Shown one piece after another: positions 36,657 to 40,743 of a stretch of DNA of 40,743 nucleotides. This DNA comes from a virus (Duplodnaviria > Caudoviricetes). Position 1 is the first letter of the stretch. Every line of letters begins with the position of its first letter. A program made the position numbers and the translations under genes. The notes beneath the pieces are model-generated. The model ran no database searches, was not told the DNA's origin, and was given only the letters and a program-made list of their open reading frames with translations. The stretch covers positions 1-40,743 of IMG/VR virus record IMGVR_UViG_3300037634_004613. One strand, 5' to 3'.

Positions 36657-37094
36657 TTAGTTACCTGATGAACCAAATCCTCCATCGCCTCTTTCTGAAT
36701 CAGATAACTCTGATACTTCTTCGAGTTCAATTTGTGGATATGGCATAATAATTAATTGTCCTATTCTCTCTCCTTCCTGATATTTACGTATCATTGGATA
36801 GTTCATATCCTTTGGAAATCGATATCTAAATTTAATTTCACCGCGATAGCCGGAGTCTATAACTCCTACACAATTTGTTAATGCCAAATCTGTCTTGCTA
36901 ACAGAACTTCTTGGAAACATTAATCCTACATGACCTTCTGGTACCTCTATTGCGATTCCAGTAAAGTATTCAATGTAATTGTAGTTTGCATTAAACTCCA
37001 TGGCTACTGCAGTGAAATCTAGTCCAGCATCCCCATCTTTAGCGTATTCTGGTATAACTGCTTTGGGATGTAACTTTTTAATCGCTACTTTCAT
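36657..37094 (-). CDS. dut: Trimeric dUTPase
   Basis: DAGLD, PRSS, GVIDSGYRGEI, RIGQL, RGDGGFGSSG. Confidence 0.96.
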   Translation of the reverse strand: MKVAIKKLHPKAVIPEYAKDGDAGLDFTAVAMEFNANYNYIEYFTGIAIEVPEGHVGLMFPRSSVSKTDLALTNCVGVIDSGYRGEIKFRYRFPKDMNYPMIRKYQEGERIGQLIIMPYPQIELEEVSELSDSERGDGGFGSSGN

Positions 37095-37807
37095 GATGGC
37101 TGTAGCTGGACTAGATAATATGTACTTGCAAATCCATCACCTTTAAAAGTAACTCTTGCCAATCCTGCTGAAGATACTTCTAAGCTACCTTCCGTTGCAT
37201 CTTTATTAGCTGTTAAGATTTCTTTGAATAGATTTGCATTGAAACAAACATTAGCTATATCCGCATCAACAGTAGCATCGACATTAAATGTAATTCTACT
37301 TGTTTTCATGCTAGAATAATTGATAATGAGCTCAGCTTTATTATTAGATGTATTAACAGCAAAATTAGTTGATTCTGGTAATGCATTCTTCGATTTGATA
37401 AATCTATCAGCAAACCCCTTGTCAAGTTTAATCTTAACAGTAAAATCAGGCAACTGCTTCATTTTAGGTACTTGCCTAATAACAGCTAAGTCTGCTAGCA
37501 TAAAGGTAGCATCTGAATTACTATCCGATACCTGCAGGCTATACGCAGTTTCTTCTGCTTTTTTGATATCAACATTGATATCATTTTCTAATGCAGATAG
37601 TATCTTTACAAGTTGAGATGTTGCATAAACTCCTAACTCGCCATTCGGTAGATCAAAATCTTCTGCAGACACAGTACCTACAACATTCTGGTCATCTGTA
37701 ATAAAGTCGCAAGACATTGTTTTATCTGCTACAACTAGTTTAGTACTATTAGCATTGCCAGCCAAATAATACTTATCAATAAACGAAATTAACTTTTTCT
37801 TTTCCAT
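37091..37807 (-). CDS. DNA sliding clamp (T4 gp45-like)
   Basis: 238 aa with two-domain beta/alpha pattern (GVYATSQLVKIL, LEVSSAGLARVTF, TYYLV); next to clamp loader. Confidence 0.8.
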   Translation of the reverse strand: MEKKKLISFIDKYYLAGNANSTKLVVADKTMSCDFITDDQNVVGTVSAEDFDLPNGELGVYATSQLVKILSALENDINVDIKKAEETAYSLQVSDSNSDATFMLADLAVIRQVPKMKQLPDFTVKIKLDKGFADRFIKSKNALPESTNFAVNTSNNKAELIINYSSMKTSRITFNVDATVDADIANVCFNANLFKEILTANKDATEGSLEVSSAGLARVTFKGDGFASTYYLVQLQPS

Positions 37808-37811
37808 AACT

Positions 37812-37842
37812 ATAATATATAAAATTTTTACTAAATATCAAA
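37812..37842 (-). promoter_or_regulatory. Promoter-like TTTG-N19-TATATTAT
   Basis: Minus strand TTTG atatttagtaaaaatttta TATATTAT agttATG. Confidence 0.6.
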
Positions 37843-39018
37843 AAACTTACTGAAAGTTTCATTATTTGCCATTGTTAATGTTTGGCCACCATATTTGTTA
37901 TACAATCCTACATGTTTTTCATATACCATATATGGATCATCTGATTCGAACATTTCTTCCATGCTCTTTAATACTAGATAAAAATCACGTGGTAATACCT
38001 TTTCTAGTAACTCGTCATGTGCATTTACCAATTCTTTAATCTGCTTAACTGTTTCAGTATATACAAACAAATTATTCATTGTCATTTTATTATATACATT
38101 CGCATCATATTTAGCAACTTCATCAAAAGTAAATCCTTCATATACCGGATGACCTAATGGATTAGGCACTGCCGTTCCTGGTATATATGGAAGGTTTTCT
38201 CCTTTTGGAAAGTATAAATCAGTAAAGGTCATTTTACTCAATTGAGCCGAATGAAGTGAAGTTCCATACACTGGATATAATCCTGGTGATGAAGAATCTG
38301 TCGATATTTGGATTCTACCTCCATAATGCTTATTCATCATCTTTTGGAAATATGCTAATAAGAAGAAATCAGATATTTTGGAGATTCCTAATACGTGTAT
38401 GAACTTGTTTTGCTTTTTTTCAAATTCTCTATGCTTAAGTAATGGAGCTAATCCACTCATAAACATTGATACTCTTTTCTGAGCACCACCAATACACCAA
38501 CCGTTGAAATCAAAGTCTCTGACTCGGTTATACCAAGTTTCATATTCTGCAATACTATTACCTTGTATTACATTTAAGAATTGAGTTTTACCTGATTGGT
38601 TCTCTGCGAAATATTTAAAATTCTCATATGAGATATCTAAACATTCTCTAAACTTACCTTCATACTTAATACGCGGCGGTATATCCAGGTTAACGGCAAT
38701 ATCCGAATTGGCCTCCAGCCAATGGAATATCTTCTCTTTGATCTCTGGCGACCATTTAATAGCCCCTGTAACCAATTGGAATCCTCCGGAATCACCTATA
38801 ACCTGGACGTCATCACCACAACCATACTTCTGCCTGGCTTCCATATCTTTATAATGGTGACCGGCAGTAATTAGGAAGTATGGATGTCTCCATCGCTCTG
38901 GAAATGACTTGTCGTAGAATCTAGCAGTTAAGCCAGGCTTAACCTCTTTATTCTTTTTCAGAGCATCTGCACTACCACCTGCTGATAATGAGGGGTAGTA
39001 TATTAATTCTTTACTCAT
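37831..39018 (-). CDS. TGT-fold guanine transglycosylase, DpdA-like (7-deazaguanine DNA modification candidate)
   Basis: DSGGFQ, LDIPP, NVIQG, GWCIGG, IHVLG, STDSSS; no TGT Zn-binding CxCxxC seen; probable start 39018 (ATGA overlap). Confidence 0.78.
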   Translation of the reverse strand: MSKELIYYPSLSAGGSADALKKNKEVKPGLTARFYDKSFPERWRHPYFLITAGHHYKDMEARQKYGCGDDVQVIGDSGGFQLVTGAIKWSPEIKEKIFHWLEANSDIAVNLDIPPRIKYEGKFRECLDISYENFKYFAENQSGKTQFLNVIQGNSIAEYETWYNRVRDFDFNGWCIGGAQKRVSMFMSGLAPLLKHREFEKKQNKFIHVLGISKISDFFLLAYFQKMMNKHYGGRIQISTDSSSPGLYPVYGTSLHSAQLSKMTFTDLYFPKGENLPYIPGTAVPNPLGHPVYEGFTFDEVAKYDANVYNKMTMNNLFVYTETVKQIKELVNAHDELLEKVLPRDFYLVLKSMEEMFESDDPYMVYEKHVGLYNKYGGQTLTMANNETFSKFFDI

Positions 39019-40196
39019 ACATTTATTCCTTTTCTTGTTAGTAGATGCTTGCATAATTCTTTTTCATGCCAAACATTTAATTCATAATCAATTCCGCTTG
39101 AAACGATCATTGCCTCGGCCAATATACCAACATCACATGCTTCTGCAATACCATGCTCCGGTCTCTTTGTTTTAATAGCATTATTCAATACTTTTAAAGC
39201 ACTATCAACTTTAAATGGAGTATATCTTCTACTAGCCTCAACCGTTTCTTTAAATGATCTAAAATCAGGATATACTAAATCAGTATCAAATACATCACCT
39301 TCAACTGCTGTAAATGCTACATAATCTTGTAATGCAGTATTGAATTGTATTTCTGAAGTCCTAAGTTTGTCATAATATTCCTGCTTGGTAATTCCTTCAT
39401 AGATTTTAAACCTTGGCTCGGCCTTTGCTAACTCTCGCAACGCTTCCACGGTACCTGGCATCATACTTCTAATTTCTTTACCTGAGGTAGTTATATGCCA
39501 TTCCCATTTTGGATTTGCATCTAGGAATTGCTCCGCCACTTCCATCATAAAGAATGGATTCTTTTCTTTATCAAATCTTGAAGTATAAACTACTACATTA
39601 TCCTTAAAGGTCTTTTGAATATTGCCAGCGGTATTCCGAACTGATTCTGAATGAACTGGTAATCCTAATACATGAATAGGTGCAGTAAACCCTGCTTCTC
39701 TCAATTGGTCTCTATGAATTGTACTTGCTACAAATATGCCAGCTAGATATTTATCAAATCCTAACTCGTAATAACGCATCCATTCTCTCATTGGAAACGT
39801 GAAATCATATTCGTCAACCGATTGAGCCCAGCACCTTGTATAAACCTTTACATTTTTATATCCATACAAGTCCCAAGCATAAAATAATGCTTCAACTCCA
39901 GGATGCCACATATCTTGAATATATACAACATCGCCATCTTGGAAATCATCAGACCGGATAGCTTCAAGTAATCGTGTTACTTGGCTCATTGCAAATACTC
40001 CACGACCTACTGCATCTAATACAGCACCGACTTTAATTTCCTGATCAGGATCATAATCGCCAGGCACAGATATAAAATCTACATCATCCTTAAATTGATT
40101 AAATGCCGCTGGCATCCAATCTTCTGTCAATTGACCTGTATACCTTGCTTTAAGAGGTTCAAGGCCTAAATACCATACTTTTTTCTTTTTTGTCAT
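39015..40196 (-). CDS. GT-B (GT4-like) glycosyltransferase coupled to the TGT-like gene
   Basis: SRFDKEKNP, YYDKL, FNTALQDYV...EG, YPDFRSF; probable start MTKKKK at 40196. Confidence 0.75.
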   Translation of the reverse strand: MTKKKKVWYLGLEPLKARYTGQLTEDWMPAAFNQFKDDVDFISVPGDYDPDQEIKVGAVLDAVGRGVFAMSQVTRLLEAIRSDDFQDGDVVYIQDMWHPGVEALFYAWDLYGYKNVKVYTRCWAQSVDEYDFTFPMREWMRYYELGFDKYLAGIFVASTIHRDQLREAGFTAPIHVLGLPVHSESVRNTAGNIQKTFKDNVVVYTSRFDKEKNPFFMMEVAEQFLDANPKWEWHITTSGKEIRSMMPGTVEALRELAKAEPRFKIYEGITKQEYYDKLRTSEIQFNTALQDYVAFTAVEGDVFDTDLVYPDFRSFKETVEASRRYTPFKVDSALKVLNNAIKTKRPEHGIAEACDVGILAEAMIVSSGIDYELNVWHEKELCKHLLTRKGINV

Positions 40197-40197
40197 A

Positions 40198-40641
40198 TTA
40201 TTGCTCGTTCCTATCATACTTATAATCATCAGGCGTAATTCGCTGCATACAACCTTTCATAGATTGAATAGAAGCATACTTACCAGTATCAATTGAAATA
40301 GTATCTGTACTCTTAAGAAGATCGATTGGATACCTATCCTCTATTCTATAGATTATATGCACTCGATTAAATACGCCTAATGGAATATTTTTAATTGTAC
40401 CTTTATCTGCCTCGATAGTTACTACTTGATTAGTTTCTAATATTTCTAATATATCATCCCAAGCATCATTCGGCTCTGGTGGCAGATATGGTTGATTGCA
40501 GTTTCTCACATATTCAATAGTAAAATAGATATGTGGATACTCTTTATAATTTTCTGGAATATGCTTTCTTACAAATACCGTATCGATATCTGCAAACCGG
40601 CCTTCGCATTCACGGCCATACCAATGAGATTTACCTTTCAT
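40198..40641 (-). CDS. Hypothetical protein heading the GT/TGT-like operon
   Basis: 147 aa (WYGRECEG...TVFVR...PHIYFT...YKYD). Confidence 0.75.
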   Translation of the reverse strand: MKGKSHWYGRECEGRFADIDTVFVRKHIPENYKEYPHIYFTIEYVRNCNQPYLPPEPNDAWDDILEILETNQVVTIEADKGTIKNIPLGVFNRVHIIYRIEDRYPIDLLKSTDTISIDTGKYASIQSMKGCMQRITPDDYKYDRNEQ

Positions 40642-40663
40642 CTTTTAATTGCTTGATTTGTAA

Positions 40664-40695
40664 ATAATATATGAAATTAATTTCAATTATCCAAA
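40664..40695 (-). promoter_or_regulatory. Promoter-like TTTG-N20-TATATTAT
   Basis: Minus strand TTTG gataattgaaattaatttca TATATTAT. Confidence 0.6.
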
Positions 40696-40743
40696 AGAAA
40701 AGAATTGATTTAATGCTGCATTATTAGGAATCGTACCCCAATT
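40687..40743 (-). CDS. C-terminal tip of an upstream gene (NWGTIPNNAALNQFFSFG*), possibly family-B DNA polymerase
   Basis: Open frame from the window edge to TAA at 40687-40689; ends in a hydrophobic clamp-binding-like motif reminiscent of the T4 gp43 tail; replication context. Confidence 0.45.
   Translation of the reverse strand, partial: NWGTIPNNAALNQFFSFG

Noticed and set aside
251-36660. The other + strand ORFs in the track (e.g. 1878..2204, 11414..11779, 31500..32195, 36367..36660)
   Set aside because: They lie antisense to well-supported, tightly coupled minus-strand genes and show no recognisable motifs.
1-40743. Alternative genetic code (TAG/TGA recoding seen in some large phages)
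   Set aside because: Genes are full length under the standard code, and TAG, TGA and TAA all terminate genes at tight junctions.
1-40743. CRISPR array, tRNA/rRNA genes, introns/inteins, transposases
   Set aside because: I saw no regularly spaced nucleotide repeats with 25-45 nt spacers (the VNE repeats are coding and 174-234 nt apart), intergenic gaps are too short, and I recognised no such motifs. A tRNAscan/Infernal run would be needed to exclude small RNAs.

Overview
This window is a gene-dense stretch of a large, AT-rich, T4-like (myovirus/jumbo-type) bacteriophage genome. Essentially all real genes are on the minus strand and use the standard genetic code. In transcription order (right to left) there are four blocks. 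(i) A replication/DNA-modification block: the C-terminal tip of a probable family-B DNA polymerase, a GT-B glycosyltransferase, a TGT/DpdA-like transglycosylase, sliding clamp, dUTPase, clamp-loader subunits, a DUF1599/Nmad1 protein, a PD-(D/E)XK nuclease and a SLOG protein. (ii) A ~26 kb glycan-biosynthesis cluster with about 15 glycosyltransferase-like domains, nucleotide-sugar enzymes, methyltransferases, a deacetylase, a kinase-aldolase fusion and a formyltransferase remnant. (iii) A putative cell-wall enzyme followed by six tandem, translationally coupled genes that all begin with the same 10-residue leader M-I-[KR]-L-x-x-[LI]-[LI]-x-E. (iv) A >607-codon ORF missing from the supplied ORF track, which runs off the left edge and is built of small domains joined by repeated (E/D)SVNE-[AG] linkers. 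Blocks iii and iv are the most striking feature. They look like a modular capsid-cargo system in which enzymes are tagged with a T4 CTS-like leader, plus a polyprotein, all predicted to be cut after Glu by the prohead protease. Two promoter-like motif classes are visible: TTTG-N19/20-TAT(A/C)TT(A/T), which is Bacteroidota-like, and ATATTTAT, a putative late promoter. All functional calls come from motif recognition by eye; no searches were run.
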